Origin: an uncultured Vicinamibacteraceae bacterium
GTDB lineage: Bacteria > Acidobacteriota > Vicinamibacteria > Vicinamibacterales > UBA8438
Assembly (NCBI GenBank): GCA_964550305.1
Contig: CAZJYU010000012.1
Location: 6,240-70,239, forward strand
DNA length: 64,000 nt
Direction of reading: 5' to 3'
Shown here: one piece after another, positions 7,332 through 16,690 of the stretch
Layout of the letters: each line of letters begins with the position of its first letter
Numbering within the stretch: position 1 is the stretch's first letter
Notes under the pieces: generated by a model
Seen by the model: only the letters and a program-made list of their open reading frames with translations
What the model was told of the DNA's origin: nothing
Database searches by the model: none
Translations under genes and position numbers: made by a program

Positions 7332-9221
7332 TCAGTCGGGACACGCGGCAGGCCCGGCCCGGCAGTCGGCCACGGCCGGCGCGCCGTCGACATGCGGTGT
7401 CAGTCGCACCTGAGCGCCCAGGTATCGCGCGTCCACGGATCCCGGCCGGCCAAGCTTCGGGATAAACCCTGACGTGGTCTCGACGGAGAGGACGTACGCC
7501 CACCGCCCCAGCGAATAGACGCCCCACGGTTCCAGCGTGACCTGCGCGGGGATGCGGGGCTGCAGGACGACCGTTGCGGAGTCGCCTCCCACGCGGACCG
7601 TCGCCCGGTTCGGAATCGGCGAGGAGACGGTCACCGTCAACGCCTCGAGCCGCTCGGGGCTCCGGAGAATCACGTCGCCGCGCCGCTGGGCGTTCACCCA
7701 GAACTCGGTCAGACTCGATGGGTGGACGTTATGGTCGAGCAGGTACAGCATCAAGTCCGGTTCCGAGTCGTAGGTAATGCGGCTGCGCACCCGGTCGAGT
7801 GAGATCGGGAGATCGTTGATCATCGTCAGTTCCACCGGGAGCGCCCGCAGCAGCCCCCGTTCGGCAATCAGATACGGTTCCTTTGCCGCGCTGAAGGGAT
7901 TGATCAGGGCGTGTGCGATGAACGCCGTGCCGCCGGCGAACGCCGCGACGGCTGGCGTAAACGACGTGAGCGGCGGCGTCAGAAACAGCAGCACCGGATA
8001 GATGCTCAGGAAGTACCGGTTCCCGGGAGGTCCGCCCCCGCCGGACCAGGTATAGGGCATGTAGGCGGCCAGCCCTACCGCGGTAAACGCGGCAATACCG
8101 AGCGTCAGCCACTGCCACCCCTGCCGGTGGCGCCGCGACCAGAGGAACAGCGCCACCGCGACGATCCCCGGAAAGAAGAACGGCGCAAAGCCGAAGTGCC
8201 GGCCGAAGAGAAAGTAGCCGACGTTCTGGGCCAGCATCACGGCGCTGCGTGCCAGCGACGGTTCATCAATGACGATCTCGTTCGTCGTCATTTCGACGCC
8301 GAGTGCCTCGAACGTCGCCTCGGGCCGTTCGAAGGGGTAGGTGTCGTAGAAGATCTTCCGGTTGCCCCCCTGGTAGTTCATCTCGCCGGAAATCGCCGCA
8401 TTGCTCAGGAAGCCGCCTGCGGTCACCGCCGCGAAGACGATACCGATCAACCCGGCGTGCGCAAACCGTCGTCGGTGTGCCGCCAGCGCGAGCAGCGGGA
8501 CGATCAGGAACAGATGCGACGGCTTTGAGAAGGTGATCAGCCCCAGGATCACTGCCGCCGCAATGTCCGAGGCCGGTCCCCGCAGGAAGGCGCCCCACGG
8601 GCCGTCGCGCGGCGGCGCCACCTCCTTGTAGCACCAGAGAAAGTAGGCAAGCGTCACGGCCGCGACGTGGAAGAAGTCGGAGCTGAGAAAGACGGCGTGG
8701 ACTGGCACGATGGACACGCCGAAGAAGGCTAGGACGTAGACGAGGGCCGCGGCCGGCTGCGACCGTGCGGCGACGAACGCGTAGGCGGCGAAAACCGTCC
8801 CGGCGAACAGGAGAACGTGCAGGACGAACATCCCGTTCAGCCCCAGCAGGCGGACGAACGGCGCGGCAACGAGCGAGTAGACGTAGGCCTTGCCGAAGTA
8901 GAGCCGGTCGTACCGCGCCTGGTCGCCCGCGCCGGTCTTCAGGAAGATCCCCTGCGGGCCTTCCTCGTGAACTTCGTAGAAGCGGGTGATGTCCTCCGCT
9001 TCGTAGATCAGGTCGCCGTCGTGCGCGACGCTGAGAGCCATGGCGACGTAAGTCGCCTCGTCGCCCTTCAGGCCGAAACCGGTCCGGAGGATATCAATGG
9101 ACAGGGCGCCGCACGCGCCGGCGAAAAGGAGCAGCAGCACGGCGAGGCGTCCGGCATCGGGACGCCGCGGTGCGGGCGGTGGTATCGCGGACGGCGCAGC
9201 GTCGCCGGTCTCGGTCGACAT
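7332..9221 (-). CDS. GT-C fold glycosyltransferase (ArnT/PMT_2-like, polyprenol-P-sugar dependent)
   Basis: 629-aa ORF with more than 10 predicted TM helices. It has a 'GLKGDEATYVAMA' (DE-x-x-Y) first-loop motif as in the ArnT/PMT families, and a soluble C-terminal domain. Confidence 0.65.
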   Translation of the reverse strand: MSTETGDAAPSAIPPPAPRRPDAGRLAVLLLLFAGACGALSIDILRTGFGLKGDEATYVAMALSVAHDGDLIYEAEDITRFYEVHEEGPQGIFLKTGAGDQARYDRLYFGKAYVYSLVAAPFVRLLGLNGMFVLHVLLFAGTVFAAYAFVAARSQPAAALVYVLAFFGVSIVPVHAVFLSSDFFHVAAVTLAYFLWCYKEVAPPRDGPWGAFLRGPASDIAAAVILGLITFSKPSHLFLIVPLLALAAHRRRFAHAGLIGIVFAAVTAGGFLSNAAISGEMNYQGGNRKIFYDTYPFERPEATFEALGVEMTTNEIVIDEPSLARSAVMLAQNVGYFLFGRHFGFAPFFFPGIVAVALFLWSRRHRQGWQWLTLGIAAFTAVGLAAYMPYTWSGGGGPPGNRYFLSIYPVLLFLTPPLTSFTPAVAAFAGGTAFIAHALINPFSAAKEPYLIAERGLLRALPVELTMINDLPISLDRVRSRITYDSEPDLMLYLLDHNVHPSSLTEFWVNAQRRGDVILRSPERLEALTVTVSSPIPNRATVRVGGDSATVVLQPRIPAQVTLEPWGVYSLGRWAYVLSVETTSGFIPKLGRPGSVDARYLGAQVRLTPHVDGAPAVADCRAGPAACPD

Positions 9222-9282
9222 GGTTTGCCGCTTTCATTATGAAGGATGAGATAAGGCCGCGGAACGGAGGCGGCGTGATACG

Positions 9283-9999
9283 TTGAACAACGTGACACGC
9301 GATGCAAGGGCGGCGCCGTCAAGCGCCGTGCCGGAGGAATCGTTCGATCTACGGGACGAGTTCGGCAACCAGGAAGCCAACGTCAGATTCCTGGAGATGG
9401 TCGGGCTGGATCCAATGGAGCGCACGCTGGAGATGGGATGCGGCAAGGGCGGACTGCTGCACATCCTGCGACAGCAGGGTCACGACGTGCGCGGGGTAGA
9501 GATCGATGAATGGATGCTCGGGGAAAGCCGGCGCCTCTACGGTGATCTACCGATTACCGCGAGCGGCGGCTACGAGCTCGGGTACGCGGACGGGATGTTC
9601 GACGTCGTGATGAGCTTCGACGTCATCGAGCATATTCCCGATACGGATCGGCATCTGCGGGAGGTTCGCCGGTTGCTGCGCCCGGGTGGCCGGTACCTCC
9701 TCCAGACCCCGAACAAGTGGACGAACACCGTGTTCGAGACAATCCGCTGGCGCAGTTTCACCGCCTGGCGCCGGATTCACTGTTCGCTTCACAGCAGTGG
9801 GCAGCTTCGCGCGCGTTTCAACCGGCATGGCTTCGACGTGCAATTCCACGACGTGCCTGTCGTCAATGATTTCTTCCGGCGCAAGATCCGCCGCTACCTC
9901 GGCCCTCCCGGCCTGTGGCTTCTCCGCGTCCTGAACCCGGACCGGTGGCCTCTGCCCGTTCGGACCAATTTCTACGTGAGTGCGACGCGGCGCGGGTGA
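9283..9999 (+). CDS. class I SAM-dependent methyltransferase
   Basis: Motif I 'LEMGCGKGGL', 'FDVVMSFDVIEHIPD' and 'LRPGGRYLLQTPN'. The start could be TTG 9283 or GTG 9292. Confidence 0.85.
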   Translation: MNNVTRDARAAPSSAVPEESFDLRDEFGNQEANVRFLEMVGLDPMERTLEMGCGKGGLLHILRQQGHDVRGVEIDEWMLGESRRLYGDLPITASGGYELGYADGMFDVVMSFDVIEHIPDTDRHLREVRRLLRPGGRYLLQTPNKWTNTVFETIRWRSFTAWRRIHCSLHSSGQLRARFNRHGFDVQFHDVPVVNDFFRRKIRRYLGPPGLWLLRVLNPDRWPLPVRTNFYVSATRRG

Positions 10000-10063
10000 G
10001 GAACCACGCGGGCCCCGGTCGGGCAGCGTCCTGCATGCCAACCATCGCCCTGGCCGCACCGCA

Positions 10064-11275
10064 TTATGCGGGATGGGCCGTCGCGGTCAGGAAGGCGAGG
10101 TCCGCGTCGTGGAGGCCACGGGGCCGCCCCTGCCGGCGCCGGTCGTCCATCAGCGTGTAGAGGCGCTCCATCTTTCGGACGAACGCGGCGATGTCATAAT
10201 CGGCGCCGGTCGCGCGGGCGGCCGTCGCGAGTGCGGCGCGGCGGTCCGGATCGTCCAGCAGCCGCACGACGGCGTTGGCGAGCGCCGGCGCGTCCCGCTT
10301 CGGCACGATGACAGCGTCGCGCCCGTCATGCAGGATGTCCGACAGCCCGTCGGCGTCGCTGGCGATGATCGGCCGGCCGGCGGCGAGCGCCTCGAACGCG
10401 GTGAGCGGCGTTCCCTCCCAGAGCGACGGGAAGACCACCAGGTCGAACGCGGCAAGCGCGCCCGCGACATCGCGCGTGAAGCCGGGGAAGCGGACGCGGT
10501 GCGCGATTCCCAATTCGCGCGCCTGGCGCTCGAGGTCCGCCTGCAACTCACCTTCGCCGACGATGCACAGACAGACGTCCGGCGCCGCGTCGAGGATGCG
10601 CGGCGCCGCCGCCACCAGGTACTCGTTGCCCTTCGAAGGCATCAGTCGGGTGACGGTCCCGACGATGCGGCCATCGGCCGGAAGGCCCAGCGCCGCACGC
10701 GCCGCGCGGACCTCGGCGTCGTTGCGGGATGCCGCGAACTCCGCGACCGGCGCGCCCAGGTAGACGACGCGCGTGCGCGCGGCGGGCACGAGGCGGGCTC
10801 GCGTGACGAACTCCGCGGTCGAACGCGACACGGCGATTGCCAGGTCCGTGTACGGCGCGAGCAACCGGTCCGCCACCTTCTGAAACCAGGGAGTATCGGT
10901 GAGGTTCGCGTGTTCGTGGAGCACGACGGGCCAGCCGCGCCGCGCCGCCGCCAGTCGGCCGAACGTCGAGGCGCCGTAGCCGTGAAGGTGCAGAACGTCC
11001 GCCTCGCGTCGGTCGAGCTCCGCGAGGAGCGCCGGCAGCGTCATCGGATCGAACTTCGACCGCGACAGATAGGTGACATTGACGCCGTAGTCCTCCAGCC
11101 GATCCTCCGACGTGTCCGGCGCGCGCAGGCTGATCAGCGTCACGTCGAAGCGCTCGGCATCGAACGCGGGGATCATCCACGCGAACAGCCGCTTCACGCC
11201 ATGCATGCGCGAACCCGGCCACCCGAGGTGATCGCAGATCTGCACGATGTTCAGCCGGCGCTCAGTCATAGCCAT
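10064..11275 (-). CDS. GT4-family glycosyltransferase
   Basis: 403-aa ORF with a GT-B C-terminal 'FPSLWEGTPLTAFEALAAGRPIIASD' (E-x7-E region). Confidence 0.85.
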   Translation of the reverse strand: MAMTERRLNIVQICDHLGWPGSRMHGVKRLFAWMIPAFDAERFDVTLISLRAPDTSEDRLEDYGVNVTYLSRSKFDPMTLPALLAELDRREADVLHLHGYGASTFGRLAAARRGWPVVLHEHANLTDTPWFQKVADRLLAPYTDLAIAVSRSTAEFVTRARLVPAARTRVVYLGAPVAEFAASRNDAEVRAARAALGLPADGRIVGTVTRLMPSKGNEYLVAAAPRILDAAPDVCLCIVGEGELQADLERQARELGIAHRVRFPGFTRDVAGALAAFDLVVFPSLWEGTPLTAFEALAAGRPIIASDADGLSDILHDGRDAVIVPKRDAPALANAVVRLLDDPDRRAALATAARATGADYDIAAFVRKMERLYTLMDDRRRQGRPRGLHDADLAFLTATAHPA

Positions 11276-12276
11276 CCCTCTTCACGGTACCAGACGGCAG
11301 TGCGGTGGATCCCCTCCGGCAGATCGACCGCTGGTTCGAAGCCGAGTTCCCGCCGGGCGCGCGACCCGTCGAAGGCGCGGCTCTTCGTGAAGAAGTCGAC
11401 CCGCCGCCGGTAAAGCGGCGGCTCGATCCGCAGGGGGACGCAGATCAGCTCGCAGATCGCGCCCGCCATCCAGACCGGCGCGACCGGGATGCGCCAGCGG
11501 GGCGGTGGGACGTCGAACTCCCTGGCGATCAGCCCGACCAGCTCGGCAAGTGTCGTATACCGCGGGCCGGCCAGCAGGTAGGTCCGGCCGCTGGCGGCCG
11601 GAGTCTCGCCGCACAGCCGGAAGCCCTCGACCAGATCGTCGATGTAGGTCAGGTGGTAGAACACGTCGCCACGTCCGATCATCGGGAAGCGACGGCGCGC
11701 AATAGCCCGGAACATCTTCAGAAAGCGGGTGTCGCCGGGCCCGTAGATACCGATTGGGCGCGCCACCACGACCTCAATGCCGTTCGCCTCGCCGGCGGCG
11801 CGCGCAATCCGTTCGCCTTCGAGCTTGGACGCCTGATAGACATCTCCGGGGGCGAGCGGCGCGTCCTCGTCGGCCGGGGGCCGCTCGATGTGGCCATGCA
11901 CACCGCCGGTGCTGCAGTGCACGAGCCGGCGCACGCCGGTGGCGCGTGCGGCGTCGATCAGGACGCGCGTCCCCTCGGCATTCACCGCTTGGTACACCGC
12001 ATCGGACTGACCGGCGGTCCGGTACGTCGCGGCGATGTGGTAAACGGTGTCGGCGCCGTCGCATGCCGCGCGTAGCGACGCGGGATCGGTCAGGTCGCCG
12101 GGCATGATCGTCACGCCGTCGTTAGCGAGCGCGCGTGCGCGCTCGCGGCTTCGGGGCCGGACCAGCCCGCGTACCGCTAGTCCGTGACGAAGGAGATGCC
12201 GCGCGAGGTGGCCGCCGGTGAAACCGGTGACGCCGGTCACCAGGACGGGCCCGCTCGTCCCGGCTCCGGCCGTCAC
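11266..12276 (-). CDS. NAD-dependent epimerase/dehydratase (SDR)
   Basis: Rossmann motif 'VLVTGVTGFTGGHL' and catalytic 'YQASK'. It overlaps both neighbouring GT4 genes at start and stop. Confidence 0.85.
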   Translation of the reverse strand: MTAGAGTSGPVLVTGVTGFTGGHLARHLLRHGLAVRGLVRPRSRERARALANDGVTIMPGDLTDPASLRAACDGADTVYHIAATYRTAGQSDAVYQAVNAEGTRVLIDAARATGVRRLVHCSTGGVHGHIERPPADEDAPLAPGDVYQASKLEGERIARAAGEANGIEVVVARPIGIYGPGDTRFLKMFRAIARRRFPMIGRGDVFYHLTYIDDLVEGFRLCGETPAASGRTYLLAGPRYTTLAELVGLIAREFDVPPPRWRIPVAPVWMAGAICELICVPLRIEPPLYRRRVDFFTKSRAFDGSRARRELGFEPAVDLPEGIHRTAVWYREEGWL

Positions 12277-13469
12277 GCCGCGTCCGTTCCTGGCGCGGCA
12301 AGCAGGTGTTCGTACGCCGCCGCGGTGCGCGCCAGGTACGACGCGCGGCTGTAACGCGTCTTGGCAAGGAGCCCCGCCGCCGCGGCCAGGCGCGCCCGCT
12401 CGTCCGGCCGATCAATCAACTGCGCCATGGCGGCGGCCAGCGCGTCCGGTTCGGGCGGCACGAGCCGTGCCGTCTCTGGTGTCAACACCTGCGTGTGCGT
12501 TCGAAGGTCGGTCGCCAGAATCGGCCGGCCGGAACGGAGGTACGAGTAGATCTTGAGCGGTGTATTGGTGCCGCTGATCCGGGGCGAGACCAGGATGTCG
12601 CACGCGGCGACGAAGCTGGCGATCTCCTCCGGCGGCCGCTGCCCTGTGAAGACGAGAGGACTGCCCGCTGCCTCCGCCCGCGCCCGCGCGGCGGCGACCT
12701 GGGGCGGGGTGCCGCCCACCACGAGGATGCGTGCGTCGGGATTCGTCGCGCGGAGACGCGTCGCCGCATCGGTCAGCAGGTCGAGCCCCTGGTACGGTTC
12801 AAACGTGCCGGTATAGAGCAGCACCGGCTGATCCGCGTTGAGGCCGTATCGGGCGCGCAGCGCATCGCGTGGCGCAGGCGTAGCGTCATCGACGTCACCA
12901 CCCATCACGTTTTCTATCAGGCGCGCGCGATCGCCGGCGCCGAGCGCAATCGCCGTGTCCTGCAACTCCGGACAGATGGTAACGACCACGCGCGACCGCC
13001 TAACCATCGTCCGCTCGACCCATTCGAAGAGCCACTGCGCTATCGCCAGTCGTGTGTAGCGGAAATTGCGGAGTTGCTGCGGCAGGCTGGAGTGCATGTC
13101 ATAGAGATGTGGCACGCCCAGCCACGATGCAAGCCAGACCCCCAGTAGCCCCGCTTCCTCGTGCGAGTGGACCGCCGCGTAGCGCCGGCTGAACGCCAGG
13201 CGCGTGGCCGTGATCGTCAGCAGCAGGTCGAGGAACGCCTTTACGACCGACGGACCGACCGGAACACGGCGGACGAACGGCAGCCGGGCGCACCGGTGGA
13301 TCTCCAGGTTCGGCAGCTCCACGTCCTGTCCGAGCGGGTAGGTGACCAGGTCTATGCGGTACCCCAGTTCCGACAGCGCCCTGATCCGGTGATACTCGCT
13401 GAACGGCGTCCCGCGCGGCTCGAAGAACGGCTCCGGAGCGAGCATCAGGATCCGCGCGGAGGCGTTCAC
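12273..13469 (-). CDS. GT4-family glycosyltransferase
   Basis: 398-aa ORF starting 'RILMLAPEPFFEPRGTP', with GT-B C-terminal 'VSPRISGTNTPLKIYSYLRSGRPILATD'. GTG start. Confidence 0.85.
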   Translation of the reverse strand: MNASARILMLAPEPFFEPRGTPFSEYHRIRALSELGYRIDLVTYPLGQDVELPNLEIHRCARLPFVRRVPVGPSVVKAFLDLLLTITATRLAFSRRYAAVHSHEEAGLLGVWLASWLGVPHLYDMHSSLPQQLRNFRYTRLAIAQWLFEWVERTMVRRSRVVVTICPELQDTAIALGAGDRARLIENVMGGDVDDATPAPRDALRARYGLNADQPVLLYTGTFEPYQGLDLLTDAATRLRATNPDARILVVGGTPPQVAAARARAEAAGSPLVFTGQRPPEEIASFVAACDILVSPRISGTNTPLKIYSYLRSGRPILATDLRTHTQVLTPETARLVPPEPDALAAAMAQLIDRPDERARLAAAAGLLAKTRYSRASYLARTAAAYEHLLAAPGTDAA

Positions 13470-13597
13470 GCTGTTCGGCCGTCCTGGCGGGCGGGCCGGT
13501 GGCCGGTGCGGCCCCGCCCGGAAGGACCGCAGTATACCATGGACATCGCGGCCGGCCGGCTGGAGCCGACGCCGGCAGCGGCCGATAAACGACTTCG

Positions 13598-14794
13598 ATG
13601 GCAGCGGGACACGGTTGGACGGCGGTCGCCGTCAGCGTATCGGTTTGGGCTGCCTTGCTCTCCGGTTGCGGAACCGAGAAGAGCCGGAACCCCCTCAGCC
13701 CGTCAATCGCCGGCCCCATCGAGGGGGTGGTTATCAGCGCGCCGATCCCGGTGACGTCCTCCAACAGTCAACTGATCAGCGTGGCCGACCAGCCGATCAC
13801 GCTTGGCTTCAGCGCCGCGACGTCGAACAGTGAGCGGCCGTTCTGGTACGAGATTCAGGTTTCGACGGCCGATGTGTTCGATTCGCTGACCCATGCATCG
13901 GATCAGGTGTTGCCTTCGGGCGGCCAGGTCGAGTCGTACGAGCTACCGGAACTGGCCACCGATCAGCGCTATGTCTGGCGGGTCAGGGCGCTCGATGGCG
14001 CAAACACCGGGCCTTACTCCCCGGTGGCGGCGTTCGAGGTGTACACGCCGGCGACGGTGGGCCGGCCGCAGCCGATTTCGCCGGTTGGTGGCGCGCAGGT
14101 ACAACACACGTCGGCTCGGCTCACGATCCGAAATGCCGACGTGAGCGGGCCGGCGCGAAATGTTCGGTACGAGTTCCAATGGGCGACGGATGCCGGCCTG
14201 ACGCAGGGCCTGCAGTCGGTCACCGTGCCGGCCGGCAATTCGACGACCTCGGTAGCCATCAGTGAACTGGCAGAGGACACGCGGTACTACTGGCGCAGCC
14301 GCGCGCTGGCGGACGGCCGCGAGACGGCGCCGATCGCGGGCGCGTGGTCGGAGACGGAATCGTTCGCGACAATGCGGCGGCGACCGCCCCCCCCACCTCC
14401 TCCGGACCCCGGGCCGGGGTCAGCACCGGGCCGGGGCGACTGCTGCCCGCCGCCGAATCGTTTCCCGGTCGTGCAGGCCATCATTCAAGCGACCGGCAAC
14501 CTGTACCGGGACGACATCCAGCAATTCACGCAGCGAGTGGCGGAGTGTCTCGCGGCCGAGGATGGCGATTGGGGACGTCGACTGAACGACTCGGGTGCGG
14601 TCGGCAAGGACACGGTCGCGTATCGTACGTCCAAGGGCCCCGGCCGCGGCCCGTACAGCATCGACATCATGCGGGGTGCGGAGAGTAGCGATCCCGAGCC
14701 GCACTGGACGATTCAATCGCACGAAGACGTTGAGGGCCGGGTCGGCGGGAGCTGGTTCTCCGTGGACGGCGCCAACTGTATCCTCCGGAATTAG
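13598..14794 (+). CDS. lipoprotein with two FN3-like modules, a poly-Pro linker and an unknown C-terminal domain
   Basis: Lipobox 'LLSGCG'. Two roughly 95-aa repeats end in 'RYVWRVRALDG..GPYS' and 'RYYWRSRALADG...GAWS'. These are followed by 'RRRPPPPPPPDPGPG' and then a domain with no recognisable motifs. Confidence 0.55.
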   Translation: MAAGHGWTAVAVSVSVWAALLSGCGTEKSRNPLSPSIAGPIEGVVISAPIPVTSSNSQLISVADQPITLGFSAATSNSERPFWYEIQVSTADVFDSLTHASDQVLPSGGQVESYELPELATDQRYVWRVRALDGANTGPYSPVAAFEVYTPATVGRPQPISPVGGAQVQHTSARLTIRNADVSGPARNVRYEFQWATDAGLTQGLQSVTVPAGNSTTSVAISELAEDTRYYWRSRALADGRETAPIAGAWSETESFATMRRRPPPPPPPDPGPGSAPGRGDCCPPPNRFPVVQAIIQATGNLYRDDIQQFTQRVAECLAAEDGDWGRRLNDSGAVGKDTVAYRTSKGPGRGPYSIDIMRGAESSDPEPHWTIQSHEDVEGRVGGSWFSVDGANCILRN

Positions 14795-14826
14795 CGATCT
14801 CCGAAGTACTCGTACCACGAGCCGGA

Positions 14827-16689
14827 GTGTTCCCGGACGTAACAACCGTGCGGCCCACTACCCTGGCGATTCTCTTCGCGACGTTGCTGGCGACTGCCCC
14901 GGGAGTGGACGCCCAGGAGACCGAGCTCAAGGCGACCGCCCCGATACCCGCGGCGCCGCTCAACGGGATCCGCTTCGGCAACGTCCCGGCGTCCGTCATG
15001 TTGATCGCGGAGCCTGCGATGGGCATCTTCGCCCCCGCGATCTTCGACTATCGCTTTGAGGTGTACGTCCGCGGCGCGCTCGTTGCTTCCACGTCGGTGC
15101 CGCAGAGCGGCGATCGTGCGTCGTTTCGATTCGCGAGCCCCATGACAGAAGAGACGGTCTACGCCTGGAGGGTGCGCGCCGAGTTCGATGGCGCCGCCGG
15201 CCCCTGGTCCGAAGCGTGGACCTTCCAGACCGGCGTCTTCTCGCCTGCGCAGTTCGGTCTCACCGATATCACGGGATCGTCGGGCCTCGCGGGGCCACCG
15301 CCGGTCCCGCTTGGTGGGCATGGCGCGGCCTTCGCCGATGCAACGGGCGACGGGAGACCTGACCTCTACATCACGATGAACTTCACCGATCCGGTGGCCG
15401 ACCAGTTCTTCGTCAACCAGGGCGGAGGCCGGTTCATGGAAGCGGGAGCCTCGCGGGGCATTGCCGATTTCGACGCCGGCTCGCACGGAGCGGCGTGGGG
15501 CGACCTCGACAACGACGGTGACTTCGACCTCTTCAACGGTTCGACGGGCGGCGCGGCGGGAGCCCCGAACCACGTCTATCGGAATGACGGAGGCGGGCGG
15601 TTCCGGGACGTGACGCCTTCGGCGATGCGGGTTCGGCGGGAGCCGACGCGCGGCGTCGTGCTCTTCGACATGGACCGGGATGGCGATCTCGACGCGTTCG
15701 CCGTGTCCGGTTGGCGAGGCTCCGGGGACCCGCCGGGCGAACGGAACGAGCTGTACCGCAACGATGGGGGAATGCGATTCTCTGCGGTCGCGAACGGCGC
15801 CGCGGTCTCCGCCCCCGCGGGGCAGGGCGTGACCGATACCGACTTCGACGGTGACGGCGATATAGACCTCCTCGCCGCGAACCGCGATGGCGATCTGGTG
15901 ATCCTGAGGAACGGTGGGAACGGATTCACGCTCGTCAGTCCTTCCACCCTCGGAATTTCGCACCGTGCGTATGGTGGAGTCACCGTTGCGGACATCGACA
16001 ACGACGGGGATCTGGACATGCTGCTCGTGGGTCTCGACGCTGCCGGCGAGACAGTCGGCCATCTATACCGCAACGAGGGAGCCGGCGTTTTTGGATACCG
16101 GCAGAGGTTCCTGGACATCGATGGCTACATGGGGGCCTTCGGCGATCTGGATCACGACGGCGACCTGGACCTGGTCTTTGCGGGTGACGACGTCACCTAC
16201 CTGAATGACGGTGCGGGCAGGTTCTCGATGGGACCGCGGGTGCCGGTGTCCGGCATCGACGACCCGCGGGCCATCGCCCTTGCCGATATCGATGGCGATG
16301 GGGACCTCGACTTTGCGGTCGGAGTCAAGCGGAGCCGCAACCGGCTGATCCGCAACGATCTGGAGGTCGATCTCACGAACTGGCTCAAGATACGCCTCCG
16401 TTCGGGCCAGGGGCAGGCGGGCGCGTTCGGCGCAAGGGTGGCTGTCTATCCTGCCTCGGGAGGAGGCCGGCCCATAGCGGTTCGCGAGAGCCGCAGCGCG
16501 AACGGCTACCTGGGCCAGAACGATCCGGTTCTGCATGTGGGACTCGGCCGCCACGCGGTGGTCAACGTCATGACGACGTTTCCGGACGGCACGACGCGCG
16601 TACTGTCTGGCGTGCCATCGAATCAGACGGTCACGATTGACGGCGCCGCCGGCGGCAATGCGCTGATGTTCGTCGAGCGGCACCGATGA
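14827..16689 (+). CDS. FG-GAP/VCBS repeat protein with C-terminal ASPIC/UnbV domain (CRTAC1 family)
   Basis: Repeats 'FDGDGDIDLL', 'DIDNDGDLDML', 'DLDHDGDLDLVF' and 'DIDGDGDLDFAVG'. The C-terminus 'NWLKIRLRS..GAFGARVAVY...SANGYLGQNDPVLHVGLG' matches ASPIC/UnbV. An N-terminal third copy of the 'YAWRVRA...GPWS' module is present. The start could be GTG 14827 or 14848. Confidence 0.85.
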   Translation: MFPDVTTVRPTTLAILFATLLATAPGVDAQETELKATAPIPAAPLNGIRFGNVPASVMLIAEPAMGIFAPAIFDYRFEVYVRGALVASTSVPQSGDRASFRFASPMTEETVYAWRVRAEFDGAAGPWSEAWTFQTGVFSPAQFGLTDITGSSGLAGPPPVPLGGHGAAFADATGDGRPDLYITMNFTDPVADQFFVNQGGGRFMEAGASRGIADFDAGSHGAAWGDLDNDGDFDLFNGSTGGAAGAPNHVYRNDGGGRFRDVTPSAMRVRREPTRGVVLFDMDRDGDLDAFAVSGWRGSGDPPGERNELYRNDGGMRFSAVANGAAVSAPAGQGVTDTDFDGDGDIDLLAANRDGDLVILRNGGNGFTLVSPSTLGISHRAYGGVTVADIDNDGDLDMLLVGLDAAGETVGHLYRNEGAGVFGYRQRFLDIDGYMGAFGDLDHDGDLDLVFAGDDVTYLNDGAGRFSMGPRVPVSGIDDPRAIALADIDGDGDLDFAVGVKRSRNRLIRNDLEVDLTNWLKIRLRSGQGQAGAFGARVAVYPASGGGRPIAVRESRSANGYLGQNDPVLHVGLGRHAVVNVMTTFPDGTTRVLSGVPSNQTVTIDGAAGGNALMFVERHR

Positions 16690-16690
16690 A

